From the IMG/VR virus record IMGVR_UViG_3300045988_131422: a stretch of DNA of 42,839 bases; one strand, written 5' to 3'. This document shows, in pieces, positions 19,492 to 28,544 of this stretch. The position numbers and the translations under genes are program-made. This stretch comes from a virus. The first letter of the stretch is position 1. The number at the start of each line of letters is the position of its first letter. The notes under the pieces are model-generated. The model was not told where the DNA came from, searched no databases, and saw nothing but the letters and a program-made list of their open reading frames with translations.

Positions 19492-20747
19492 TAAATACCT
19501 CCTTTAAATGTCCTTACTTTAACTCGGCCAAATGCATATTTTTCAACTGCATATCGCATTGCATCCATCAAGTGGTTGAAATCATCAATTGGACGATTTA
19601 TTTTGTTACCCAATCTATCTTCATCCCATGTGTAGTTTCCTATTTCAGTTATGAAATTAACACATCTAGGATGAATGATAATTTCAAAATCTTGAATATA
19701 TTGAATCCCATGCATAATGGAATCCTTTCCCTTTTGCGATTTCTCAACACGAAGTCCATACCCTCTTAGCTCATCAATCGACTTAGGCTCTGCACAGTCT
19801 GCCGTGTAAGACTTCTTTTGATAATGTGAGCTTTCGATCTCCTCATAAAGCCTTTTGTTGGAAAGGCCTTTTTTATACACTTCATCCCAAACATAAAGTT
19901 TCTTATGTTCTGTATCAATGAAACCTATAAAAACTGCAGCAGGGTCATTCGTATACCCAAAGTCAATACCATCTACAGAATCACAGTTAACGACTTGATC
20001 TAGTGTATATTCTTCCTCTTTCCAATTCTCATAAACCAATCCATCAACAATACCCCAATTTCCTAATCCGGCCACCTGATATCGTCTAGGATTGTTCTTC
20101 TTCATGTTTTCAAACAACCTTAAATCGGCATCATCCAACCATTCATTACACTTATAATTGGTTGTGATAGCTAAAATATCAGGATCATTCTCTGCATCAA
20201 AGAATCTTTTTTTAAGCCAATGGTGTTCGTTCCAAGGGTTGAATGTAATCATCCATTGTTTCCAAAGATGAGGTGGCAGCTCACCACGAATTGACTCATC
20301 TAATGTATCAAAGTCTTTTTCACTTGTTATCTCATAGGCTTCTTCAAGCCATGCCCAACACAAATAACCATATTCAACTGTGATAGATGTTACTTTTAAT
20401 GGATCATCAAGACCTCTAAAAAGAATCTTCTGCCCAGTTGGAAGATAAGTTGCTTCCAAAGGTGAATACTTGAATTCCCATAAGTTCTCAACTCCCAACC
20501 TTTTTGTGGCCCATTTTAAATCCGTGAAGCACGAATCTTTAAGTGTTCGATAAGTCTTACGAACAACAAGAGTATTCGACTGATCGTATTTCATCATGTT
20601 GTATATGATGCGCAATGCGGTTGTTTTCGATTTTTTAGAAGCACGTGAGCCTTTGCATGCAGCGTAACGTCCTCTAAAGTTCCAATAAGACTTATATCCT
20701 CTTCCAACTATTTCAGGTAACCTGATAGTCTTAGTCTTCAAGTTCAT
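19491..20747 (-). CDS. terL: Terminase large subunit (418 aa)
   Basis: Walker-A-like KGSRASKKSKT. PBSX-type TerL layout. Overlaps TerS and portal. Confidence 0.9.
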   Translation of the reverse strand: MNLKTKTIRLPEIVGRGYKSYWNFRGRYAACKGSRASKKSKTTALRIIYNMMKYDQSNTLVVRKTYRTLKDSCFTDLKWATKRLGVENLWEFKYSPLEATYLPTGQKILFRGLDDPLKVTSITVEYGYLCWAWLEEAYEITSEKDFDTLDESIRGELPPHLWKQWMITFNPWNEHHWLKKRFFDAENDPDILAITTNYKCNEWLDDADLRLFENMKKNNPRRYQVAGLGNWGIVDGLVYENWKEEEYTLDQVVNCDSVDGIDFGYTNDPAAVFIGFIDTEHKKLYVWDEVYKKGLSNKRLYEEIESSHYQKKSYTADCAEPKSIDELRGYGLRVEKSQKGKDSIMHGIQYIQDFEIIIHPRCVNFITEIGNYTWDEDRLGNKINRPIDDFNHLMDAMRYAVEKYAFGRVKVRTFKGGI

Positions 20748-21228
20748 CTTCTCCTTCGAACTTAGGAACTACGATTTCTGCTTGAACCTTATCTGTGAAC
20801 AATGCATATCTTTTTCCAAGCAATTCCGCAGCTTTATTTGCATCAGAAAGCTTTGCAGGAATCTCAACGATTTGGGGAACTTCTTCTTTAACCGTTTTCT
20901 TTCTTGGTTTTCCATCTCCTGTATCAACATACTCTGAATGTTCTTTTGTCACTGTAACGACAACAGATTCTTTCATTTCTCGTCGCATTACTTTTGTGAG
21001 GTATTCCATGACTTCTTGAACGTCTGCCACATTGTTACTGTGCGCTTCCTCAAGACACTCATCCACATATTCTCTGATATGCGGTAAAGCTAATAACCTG
21101 GATGCATGCTTTGATGCATTATCTCGGCTCTTGCAATTCTTATAAACTTCCAAATAAGCATCCACTGCGTTCATCGTTATCAAATACTTCTCACAAAAAA
21201 GCTTTTGCTTTTCAGTCAACTTAGCCAT
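20731..21228 (-). CDS. terS: Terminase small subunit (165 aa)
   Basis: MAKLTEKQKLFCEKYLITMNAVDAY.. typical TerS HTH N-terminus. Position. Confidence 0.75.
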   Translation of the reverse strand: MAKLTEKQKLFCEKYLITMNAVDAYLEVYKNCKSRDNASKHASRLLALPHIREYVDECLEEAHSNNVADVQEVMEYLTKVMRREMKESVVVTVTKEHSEYVDTGDGKPRKKTVKEEVPQIVEIPAKLSDANKAAELLGKRYALFTDKVQAEIVVPKFEGEDELED

Positions 21229-21268
21229 AGAATTCCTCCTTTCATTATTTTGAAATTAAATATCTGTC

Positions 21269-21610
21269 TTAATGCCCTTTCCATCCTTTTCTTGGTGAGC
21301 CAGCTCCTCTTACCCACAATCGATCTACTTCTTTTGCTATTTGTCTTTTTCGACGACGTTGTTCTGAATCTTTATTAGCTAAATCTCGGCTTGTAAGCTT
21401 TTGTACTTTATAACCCATAGATTTTGCCCTAGAAGCTATATCGGATAAGGTCCTAGGAATTTCCCTACTTCCACTATCAGCAAATGATGCCCCAGAAAAA
21501 GAAAATACTTTCTTCCCTTTTTGCCTATACTCAAATACAGTTCCATCTCCTGTGGTAACAGTTAAACCAACTGTCCCCCCCCGATTTACATATTGGCCTC
21601 TTCCACCCAT
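21269..21610 (-). CDS. Hypothetical basic protein (113 aa) starting MGGRG, containing a G8 tract
   Basis: Strong SD AAGGAGG. C8 run on the + strand at 21575..21582. Confidence 0.6.
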   Translation of the reverse strand: MGGRGQYVNRGGTVGLTVTTGDGTVFEYRQKGKKVFSFSGASFADSGSREIPRTLSDIASRAKSMGYKVQKLTSRDLANKDSEQRRRKRQIAKEVDRLWVRGAGSPRKGWKGH

Positions 21611-21636
21611 ATAATATTTCCTCCTTATTCATGTAT

Positions 21637-21666
21637 AAAAAAAGCACCTTGAATTAACAAGATGCT
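21637..21666 (-). terminator. Intrinsic terminator ending about 12 nt before the SD of the packaging operon
   Basis: - strand AGCAUCUUG-UUAAUU-CAAGGUGCU then UUUUUUAUAC. The next gene's SD follows directly. Confidence 0.7.
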
Positions 21667-21816
21667 TAGATAGCGTTCCGGATTTCAACCGGACCTTTCC
21701 CGTACAATATAACATTGAAAGATATAGGAATTGAATATCAACCACAAGCTACTTCATTTCTAACGCATATGATCTATCCTATAAATATCAGGATGTACTC
21801 ACTCGTATACGAATCA

Positions 21817-22213
21817 CTATCTATTTCTATTTTTCCATATCTTTTTTACTTTTTCAACTAAATTCCTTTCGGCTTTCGTTAAATCTCTTGTCCCTTTTTC
21901 ATCATGTACATAACCTTTATGAGTATGTGGTAATACACTCTTACCATTAATAATATGTGGCTTCCCAGTAATATCTATTTGTTTTTTTCTCAACCCATTG
22001 TTTGAATAGCGAGTTATTGATTTTGGTTCATTATTTTTTTCCAAGCGTTACATAAATTCTTCCCTTAGTCATTGTTTCCATAGGAGTTTTTGCATTACTT
22101 GCATTTGTTTGCTTTACAAATTTGATATTACCACTTTGATAAACCGTAGTGTATTCACTCCCATAGGGCTTTCCTTTGTCACTAACACCACTACTTGCTC
22201 CTCTACCTCCCAT
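21817..22213 (-). pseudogene. Conserved-looking phage gene split by a +1 shift at an A7 run (60-aa plus 75-aa ORFs)
   Basis: ...GRIYVTLGKK* then frame +1 ..NNEPKSITRYSNNG... T7 on the + strand at 22034..22040. Removing one A joins the two ORFs into about 132 aa. Confidence 0.5.
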
Positions 22214-22841
22214 GTTTTCTTGCCCTCTCTATGACTTTATTTTTATAATAAATAACTTTTGTGCCTTTGAAATCATGTTCAATAGATTGGCCATAAATTA
22301 GAATTGCAGTAGGCTTAAGTTTATCGATCATGTAATCTACACCATCTTTCCAAATTGATCTTGCATATTCATCCTTGATACATCCAATAGTTGAAATTGC
22401 TACAACTCCTCCTGGTTCTATACCATCAAAACAGAATGTGTATGTTTCTCTTTCTGCCCAGGAAACAGTTGGAATAACACATATTCCTTGACTCTGAAGA
22501 TAATGTCCAATTAATCTACTTCTATAGATATTCCATACTTTCATAGCTCTAGGCATATCCATATATAGAGAAAAATCTGGTGTAAGAACACAGTCATACT
22601 GTTTTAAGACATTCACATATCGTTCGGGAGTGTTCCAAATGCGTTCAAACTGATAATCATCAATAAACATATGAATTCCAGATTGATAATTCTTTGAAGA
22701 AATTGCTTCATTGAATCCAATTAACTCATTAGGAATATGAAGTGTCTTTTTAATTACTGGCATTTCAAATGGACCGTCTGTTTCATATGGATCATATAAA
22801 TCTAGATTGTATTTTTTGATTGTTAGTTCTCTTCCTGGCAT
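22203..22841 (-). CDS. DUF4417-like protein (212 aa)
   Basis: Start refined to ATG 22841 (AAGGAGG). Motifs FIDDYQFERIW, TPDFSLYMDMP, VIPTVSW recalled from DUF4417. Confidence 0.5.
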   Translation of the reverse strand: MPGRELTIKKYNLDLYDPYETDGPFEMPVIKKTLHIPNELIGFNEAISSKNYQSGIHMFIDDYQFERIWNTPERYVNVLKQYDCVLTPDFSLYMDMPRAMKVWNIYRSRLIGHYLQSQGICVIPTVSWAERETYTFCFDGIEPGGVVAISTIGCIKDEYARSIWKDGVDYMIDKLKPTAILIYGQSIEHDFKGTKVIYYKNKVIERARKHGR

Positions 22842-22861
22842 GGAACACCTCCTTTCTTGCA

Positions 22862-22889
22862 TAAAAAAAGCCAAGACCTCTGTCTTGAC
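22862..22889 (-). terminator. Intrinsic terminator directly upstream of the DUF4417 SD
   Basis: - strand GUCAAGAC-AGAG-GUCUUGGC then UUUUUUUAUGC. Confidence 0.7.
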
Positions 22890-22948
22890 ATAATTTCTTA
22901 TGATATTAGTTTACCACAGAATTCTTGTCCACTAGGGGACAAAATGCA

Positions 22949-23767
22949 TTATTCGTAACTTTTTACCTCAATAACTGTATAACTGATTGGATCTCCATTC
23001 TTTAATCTTACTCGCATTTTCGCATTCAATTTTGATACTAGTGGAAAGCTAATCTCTTTTTCCTTTACTTTTTTCAAAAAATTCTCATCCTCAATATCTG
23101 CATTGATTGTTTTCCCAAGGAATTTAAACTGCCATTTACTGTTTCCTAATAAATCAGGCTTCCGAACTGTTAGTACTCCTGTAGCTTCTTGTTCGGTGAT
23201 ATCACCATTTAGTGATTCAACATCGATAGGATTCCTAGTTCTCATTAAATCTTCTTTATCCATTTCAACGGTCTTTACTGTTTTATCATCAGTAACTGCA
23301 ATAGAAAATCCTGTCCGCTCACCATCTTCTGAAATAGTTTTTGATAATTCTGATAAGCACTTTTCTATTGAGGAATCTCTTGTGTAAAGATTATATGTTC
23401 TGTTATCAATATAGGTTACATTACCAACACAAGACTTGACTATAGTATTATTCCCTTCATGAATTACTTCTGCAGGCATTTGTCCACCAAGATTTTTCTT
23501 CAGTTCAACAATACTATTAAACGATTCTAGGATAGGTGGCATCAATGGAAATAATACAGTAGCCATATCAACAATCTGCTCTATCGTTATCATAAAGCTA
23601 CCCTTTTCGATATTCTTTACTTTAAATTTGCAAAAATCATTTTCGGTTAATGACGAATCAGCAATTTTGCCTAAAACCGCAACAACACAGTCTAGCGACT
23701 TAGATAATGTTTCTATATCAATGTCATTTTCGCCTTTAAACCTTAATGTAAGTGTTTCTTTTTTCAT
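22949..23767 (-). CDS. Hypothetical protein (272 aa), no recognisable family
   Basis: Start refined to ATG 23767 (AGAGGG SD). Followed by hairpin 22925..22942 and terminator 22862..22889. Confidence 0.6.
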   Translation of the reverse strand: MKKETLTLRFKGENDIDIETLSKSLDCVVAVLGKIADSSLTENDFCKFKVKNIEKGSFMITIEQIVDMATVLFPLMPPILESFNSIVELKKNLGGQMPAEVIHEGNNTIVKSCVGNVTYIDNRTYNLYTRDSSIEKCLSELSKTISEDGERTGFSIAVTDDKTVKTVEMDKEDLMRTRNPIDVESLNGDITEQEATGVLTVRKPDLLGNSKWQFKFLGKTINADIEDENFLKKVKEKEISFPLVSKLNAKMRVRLKNGDPISYTVIEVKSYE

Positions 23768-23848
23768 GACATACCCTCTTTTAATCAACATTATTGTACC
23801 ACCTCTTCTTTTAAACACTAATACCTATATGAACATTATCCACGTCAA

Positions 23849-24277
23849 TTAAACTAATTTACCAATTTCTCTGCGGATATGTTTGTACATTCCGTTCTTT
23901 GTATAACCATATTTTTCCGCTACATCCCATGCAGTCATATTCCAAAAGTATAGATCAAATAATATATTCTGGTCTCGCAAAGATAAAAGTTCTATCGCTT
24001 TACATTCATTCAAACGTCTACGATAATAGTTAATTTCTGCCACCTTTTGAGATTCTTCCTCCATCATTCCTAAAGGACTTGTATAAGAGCCATGAAAGGT
24101 TGGCATAGGAGCACTGGATTTCTCCTGCTCCTTTGTCAACCTAATTGGATTATGACTTAGTCCTAACATCTTATGATTCAGAACTTCAAGTTCTTCGTTC
24201 AATTCAATAATTCGATAGCAGCAATAATTAGCCGACTTCAAGTCATTCAACATTTGATTTACTTTTAATTTGTTCAT
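23849..24277 (-). CDS. Late-gene activator candidate, sigma-70 region-4-like (RinA/ArpU-type) (142 aa)
   Basis: C-terminal LSLRDQNILFDLYFWNMTAWDVAEKYGYTKNGMYKHIRREIGKL HTH. Last gene before the late region. Start refined to 24277. Confidence 0.5.
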   Translation of the reverse strand: MNKLKVNQMLNDLKSANYCCYRIIELNEELEVLNHKMLGLSHNPIRLTKEQEKSSAPMPTFHGSYTSPLGMMEEESQKVAEINYYRRRLNECKAIELLSLRDQNILFDLYFWNMTAWDVAEKYGYTKNGMYKHIRREIGKLV

Positions 24278-24285
24278 TTGTCCAC

Positions 24286-24573
24286 CTACTTCTTCTTTGC
24301 GACAGCTGACCCTCTGTGCCAAGATTCCTCACCACCGCGATATCTTCTCTCGTTCGCTTTTTCTTGGTGTTTCTTATACTCTTTTAGCCCAAAATTCTCA
24401 CGCTCTAATTTGACGATGTATTCAGTAATTTGTTCTAAGCATGATTCCATAGAAATAAATCTGGTACTAAACCCTATCAGATCCCATATCTGTCTATCTA
24501 AACGAGCACATGCTTCTCTTACAAATTCATCATGAATGTCATTTATGTTTTCGACTAAAAAAACTTTCATCAT
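24286..24573 (-). CDS. Hypothetical protein (95 aa)
   Basis: ATGA overlap with the upstream frame. Coding-strand consistency. Confidence 0.5.
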   Translation of the reverse strand: MMKVFLVENINDIHDEFVREACARLDRQIWDLIGFSTRFISMESCLEQITEYIVKLERENFGLKEYKKHQEKANERRYRGGEESWHRGSAVAKKK

Positions 24574-24865
24574 TCCACATCCTTCAAATAATCAAACTCT
24601 TTTAGCAGCTCATCTTTTGTTTGTTCAAGCTTTGACTCGATTTGCTTTTGTACATCAATCTTAGTTTGTTTGAACCATTTCTTTTTGAATTTTCTGACTG
24701 TATCGCGATATCTTTCTTCACTACTATCACACGATTGCCACCACTCTAATCATGCAGCACATCAACTAAATCTTTCATCATGCTATTTAATTGCGAATCA
24801 AACATTCTATCAACGTATTCATCATTTATTCGACAATACATATAGTTATAACTTCCGCCACTCAT
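24570..24865 (-). pseudogene. Frameshifted small gene (39-aa 5' ORF plus 59-codon 3' ORF in the -1 frame)
   Basis: 5' part has SD and ATG 24865 and ends at TAG 24746..24748. The -1 frame (LEWWQSCDSSEERYRDTVRKFKKKWF..) ends with an ATGA overlap onto the next gene. No slippery heptamer. Confidence 0.45.
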
Positions 24866-24880
24866 TAGTTAATCTCCTTT

Positions 24881-25420
24881 TCAATCTATAATCTTACTTC
24901 CGCAATTTGGACAGTATTTTGGTCTGTAACCATAATAGGATTCTACTCTATTATCTTCGTCGATTTTAAGTCCTGTATGGTGTACTGATATGAATCCACA
25001 ATTAGAACATTTAAATACATCCCTTGAATCATATTCGGATTCGTTAGTACAAGTTTCTTCTTCTAACGATCCGAGTTCTATGCATTGTTGAATAATTGCT
25101 TTTATTAATTCATAATCTAAACTTTCGTATCCCAACTCACGTTGACTTGAAATTGCAACGCTTTTGTTATTAAAGTTTATCCACGCATATGGGTCATCCT
25201 TCTTGAAGTACGAAGGATTTGTACAGTCATTACATTTTGTGTATCCTAGTTTTTCAAACATCTGTTCAGGGTTCATTTTACATTCTTTATCTTTATACTG
25301 TTTCAATTCCTCCAGCCACGTCGCAAGTTGCTTATGTTCTTCTCTACAGTCTTTACATATAGATTGGTCTTCAGATAATTCTTTCGCATGAATAATCGCT
25401 TCATCTAATGTCATTTTCAT
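24881..25420 (-). CDS. Hypothetical protein with C-terminal zinc ribbon (179 aa)
   Basis: CSNCG...CPNCG pairs. Confidence 0.55.
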   Translation of the reverse strand: MKMTLDEAIIHAKELSEDQSICKDCREEHKQLATWLEELKQYKDKECKMNPEQMFEKLGYTKCNDCTNPSYFKKDDPYAWINFNNKSVAISSQRELGYESLDYELIKAIIQQCIELGSLEEETCTNESEYDSRDVFKCSNCGFISVHHTGLKIDEDNRVESYYGYRPKYCPNCGSKIID

Positions 25421-25433
25421 TTTCTTTCTCCTT

Positions 25434-25733
25434 TTAACTCATTAATTTATTTTTGTAACGATTATCCAATTCTTCCATAACATGCTTTCCACCATATAGT
25501 TTCGATGCGTAAACAATGTAGTCTAATTCATCTAGCATACTGTTCATCAAGTCTTTATTGGTACAGACAAATTTAATATTCTTTTGCAAAGATAAATAAG
25601 TTTGCTCAATTTGTTTATCGATTTCAGAAGCACTGCTTTTATCTAATCTGATAAAAGTATTTATTTTTATGGCATTTTCTCTTTGTTTTTTTCTTTCCTT
25701 TTCTAAGTTTTTTTTCAATTCTTTATCATTCAT
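25434..25733 (-). CDS. Hypothetical protein (99 aa)
   Basis: Start refined to ATG 25733 (GGAG 7 nt upstream). Confidence 0.5.
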   Translation of the reverse strand: MNDKELKKNLEKERKKQRENAIKINTFIRLDKSSASEIDKQIEQTYLSLQKNIKFVCTNKDLMNSMLDELDYIVYASKLYGGKHVMEELDNRYKNKLMS

Positions 25734-26088
25734 CTTCATTCTCCTTATAAGGCTTAGGCAATGGCATCCAAGCCGTAACTTCGTCCAGCTCATAATTACT
25801 ATCAAGTGCATATCCATCATCATATTCAATCCATGTATCTTGCCAAACATGTTTACCATCAGTGACTAATATTTCTTCATCAACATCTGGAATTTGACAG
25901 TAAAGAAAACCATCTTCCATTTCAAATGGAATCCACTCAAATGATTCTGCTTTATCAACCAATTTTAAAAGCACCATCTGTGCATTATATATTTCATCAT
26001 CACTAGGTAATGGATATAAATCTCTACGTATCATGTAACATATAAGTGTATTTGTAATTGTATTAAATGCTTTTTGATATTTATTCAT
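25726..26088 (-). CDS. DUF551-like protein (120 aa)
   Basis: C-terminal VTAWMPLPKPY motif typical of DUF551. Confidence 0.5.
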   Translation of the reverse strand: MNKYQKAFNTITNTLICYMIRRDLYPLPSDDEIYNAQMVLLKLVDKAESFEWIPFEMEDGFLYCQIPDVDEEILVTDGKHVWQDTWIEYDDGYALDSNYELDEVTAWMPLPKPYKENEDE

Positions 26089-26100
26089 TCTCTTTCTCTC

Positions 26101-26256
26101 CTATTTTTTGAATTCCAGTATGCCAGCAATAATACCAATAATGATAAGTACAATTTCAATGATCCCTGGAAGTAATACCAACAACCAAGACCATGTGATT
26201 GCATTAATTAATTTCAAAACAATAAAAACAATTGTAAGTATTCCTAAAATTCCCAT
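26101..26256 (-). CDS. Small two-TM membrane peptide (51 aa); below the track cutoff
   Basis: MGILGILTIVFIVLKLINAITWSWLLVLLPGIIEIVLIIIGIIAGILEFKK*. SD AAGGAG 8 nt upstream. Confidence 0.55.
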   Translation of the reverse strand: MGILGILTIVFIVLKLINAITWSWLLVLLPGIIEIVLIIIGIIAGILEFKK

Positions 26257-26314
26257 TTTTATTTCTCCTTTTCATCTAAATGCTTTTCTATATGATCTTC
26301 TAAATCTTTTTCTG

Positions 26315-26605
26315 TCATGCCTTAACATCCTCATCTGCAGGCATTTCGTAAAATTGGCCTTTTTCACTTAAATGATAGCAATTTGTGCCGAAAGCTGGTG
26401 TGACTTTACTTGGATAAGGACATTCAATTTTTCCTTGAATTTCATCTAGTACCTTTAAAGCTTTACGTTCAGTCGAATAAACACCCAATTCGTAATCACA
26501 TCCATCAGTTGTTGCACCACATATCAAACAGTAATTGCCATCATTAATGACACGAAGAAAATTAATATTCACTAAAGCATTTTTTCTCTGGCTTCTAATC
26601 CACAT
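26315..26605 (-). CDS. Hypothetical protein (96 aa)
   Basis: ORF in the operon frame pattern. Confidence 0.5.
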   Translation of the reverse strand: MWIRSQRKNALVNINFLRVINDGNYCLICGATTDGCDYELGVYSTERKALKVLDEIQGKIECPYPSKVTPAFGTNCYHLSEKGQFYEMPADEDVKA

Positions 26606-26607
26606 AC

Positions 26608-27126
26608 CTAGTACCCATTCTTTAACCTTTCCGTATTGATTGCATTCTTTCTCATATAAGCTGCATAGACTTCTTCCAGGCAGAATCCTAAGTGTTCGCT
26701 TAGTGCCAATAGATACATCAATCGACTATCTGCAAGATCAATAATGCGTGTCAATGCAGTTGCTATTCCAAGGCCGATATCCATTTGTACAATAGGCATA
26801 TAGTCACGAGGACTTTCTAAATCGTACCCGAGATCATCCAACAAATAGGTTCTTTTCCCATAAAATAATTCATGGATCAACACAAAGTGGAAGACATCTA
26901 CCAACTCTTCCAGGGCTTTATTTCTGTCGACTGGTTTCTGAGATTTCTTCCACCAGCACCAGTCACCTTTGAGCTCATGAGTGAATTCACCAATCTCATC
27001 GAGTGTGGCTAAATCAATTTGTTCCTTTGAAATTGTAGTCAAACCATATTCTTTCATGATTGCCGAATTCAGCTCATCTTGTTTTTTTAGCATTGTCTCA
27101 ATCATGCGTAGTTCTGAGTCTTTCAT
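26608..27126 (-). CDS. dut: Dimeric dUTPase / MazG-like NTP pyrophosphatase (172 aa)
   Basis: LDEIGEFTHELKGDWCWWKK...EELVDVFHFVLIHELF resembles the all-alpha dUTPase_2 family. Start refined to 27126 (AAGGAGG). Confidence 0.6.
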   Translation of the reverse strand: MKDSELRMIETMLKKQDELNSAIMKEYGLTTISKEQIDLATLDEIGEFTHELKGDWCWWKKSQKPVDRNKALEELVDVFHFVLIHELFYGKRTYLLDDLGYDLESPRDYMPIVQMDIGLGIATALTRIIDLADSRLMYLLALSEHLGFCLEEVYAAYMRKNAINTERLKNGY

Positions 27127-27545
27127 CGTTTTTCCTCCTTGTTGTCTTTTGAAGAAATCCATTCAAGTGTTTTGAACGTTTCCTCGTTTTGTTTTTTCTG
27201 CTCTTTCAGTAAGGCTTTATGCTTTTTTAGATCCACTCCGCCAAAATATGCATCCATATTGCTTAGGCCATACATGATCTGTTCTTCTTCAGTGAATGGA
27301 AGGTTATTCTGGTCATGTCCTTCTGGATCTAGAACGAAATCATATTCATCTGGAGTTCCGCAGCCATTCTGCAGGTTGAAGTACTGGATGTGTCCATCAT
27401 CATCCAGGTACAATCTGTCGTGTTCGTTTGTTCCGACCATGTGAATGCATTTCGTGCAGTAATCTCTCACGTAGATGGCCGGCATCTTCATACAGTCAAA
27501 AATCATCATTCTCGATTTCTCCTTTAAAACTTCGCCATTCTTCAT
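27123..27545 (-). CDS. Hypothetical protein (140 aa)
   Basis: ATGA overlaps at both ends. Confidence 0.5.
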   Translation of the reverse strand: MKNGEVLKEKSRMMIFDCMKMPAIYVRDYCTKCIHMVGTNEHDRLYLDDDGHIQYFNLQNGCGTPDEYDFVLDPEGHDQNNLPFTEEEQIMYGLSNMDAYFGGVDLKKHKALLKEQKKQNEETFKTLEWISSKDNKEEKR

Positions 27546-28054
27546 CAGAAAGGCAAATCATCCGATGCAATCTCAAGAGCATCAACTTCAGCTTGTTGAG
27601 TCAAACTTTGCGCATACTGCACATTCGATTGATTGTGATTACTTGCCTGAGCTCCATACGATTGATTCTGAGCGTAACTTTGAGTACCATAGGTATTTGT
27701 AACTCCTAGAGCGTTTTGCTCGTTAAAATCATTTCTTGGTGTCAAAAACTGTACATTCTCTGCAACAACTTCTGTGACATAGACTTTTTGCCCTTGATGG
27801 TTGTCGTATGAGCGTGTATTGATTCGGCCTTCAATGCCTAGCTGATTGCCTTTCTTCTGGTACAGTTGGATATTGTCGGCCAGTTTGTTCCATGCAACGC
27901 AGTTGATGAAATCAGCATCTTGTGTTCCGTCTTGATTCTGTCTTCGATTAACCGCCAAGGTAAACGAACAGACACTCGTTCCGCTCTGTGTCTTTCTGAG
28001 CTCTGGATCACGTGTCAATCGGCCAATCAGAACCACTCTGTTGATATCTTGCAT
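27545..28054 (-). CDS. ssb: Single-stranded DNA-binding protein (169 aa)
   Basis: [18 protein letters not shown]-fold motifs and acidic tail DDLPF. Confidence 0.92.
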   Translation of the reverse strand: MQDINRVVLIGRLTRDPELRKTQSGTSVCSFTLAVNRRQNQDGTQDADFINCVAWNKLADNIQLYQKKGNQLGIEGRINTRSYDNHQGQKVYVTEVVAENVQFLTPRNDFNEQNALGVTNTYGTQSYAQNQSYGAQASNHNQSNVQYAQSLTQQAEVDALEIASDDLPF

Positions 28055-28058
28055 AGGC

Positions 28059-28544
28059 TCACGCTTTCAATCCGCAATCATTCGCGATTGCCTGCATAGA
28101 TTCGGCCATCATCTGACGCATCTTTTTCGTGTCAGCAGTAACCAAGTCGACCAGGTCGTTGAATTCCGCCATGTTGATCGTGCTATTGAAAGCTTGATAC
28201 TTCTCAACAAGTGTCGGCTCGACATCTGGTTCTTCTTCCTGGATGGATTCAACCGCCTTAGGTTCTTCTGGTTTCTGCTTAGGTTCTGCATTGACTACGA
28301 CCTCCGTTTTTTCTTCGATTTGCTTTTTGGCAGCGGGTCTTCCACGTCGCTTTGTCACTTTCTCAACGATATCCGATTCTCGAATGTTCATTCCATTGAT
28401 TCGGTATGGTGCTACGTTGTCTGAATCGTCAACGTATGCGATAAGTCCTTCTCTGTCCACTCCTGCACAGTGATAAACGACTTTATCACCAGGAGCGTAT
28501 TTGAGTTCTTGTTTTTCGGTTTGTTTTTTAGTTTTCATTTTCAC
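28059..28544 (-). CDS. Hypothetical protein with AT-hook-like RGRP motif (161 aa)
   Basis: [10 protein letters not shown]. Position in the replication module. Confidence 0.5.
   Translation of the reverse strand: MKMKTKKQTEKQELKYAPGDKVVYHCAGVDREGLIAYVDDSDNVAPYRINGMNIRESDIVEKVTKRRGRPAAKKQIEEKTEVVVNAEPKQKPEEPKAVESIQEEEPDVEPTLVEKYQAFNSTINMAEFNDLVDLVTADTKKMRQMMAESMQAIANDCGLKA

Noticed and set aside
24746-24748. In-frame TAG as evidence of stop-codon reassignment
   Set aside because: The sequence after the TAG is only sensible in the -1 frame. No suppressor tRNA is present, and other genes end normally with TAA, TAG or TGA.
26260-26318. 19-aa ORF (MTEKDLEDHIEKHLDEKEK) coupled by an ATGA overlap to the upstream gene
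   Set aside because: It is too short to support without conservation data. It may simply be spacer sequence between two genes.
26108-26371. 87-aa + strand ORF
   Set aside because: It has no SD and lies opposite to operon polarity. The - strand encodes a well-formed 51-aa two-TM peptide with an SD at 26101..26256.
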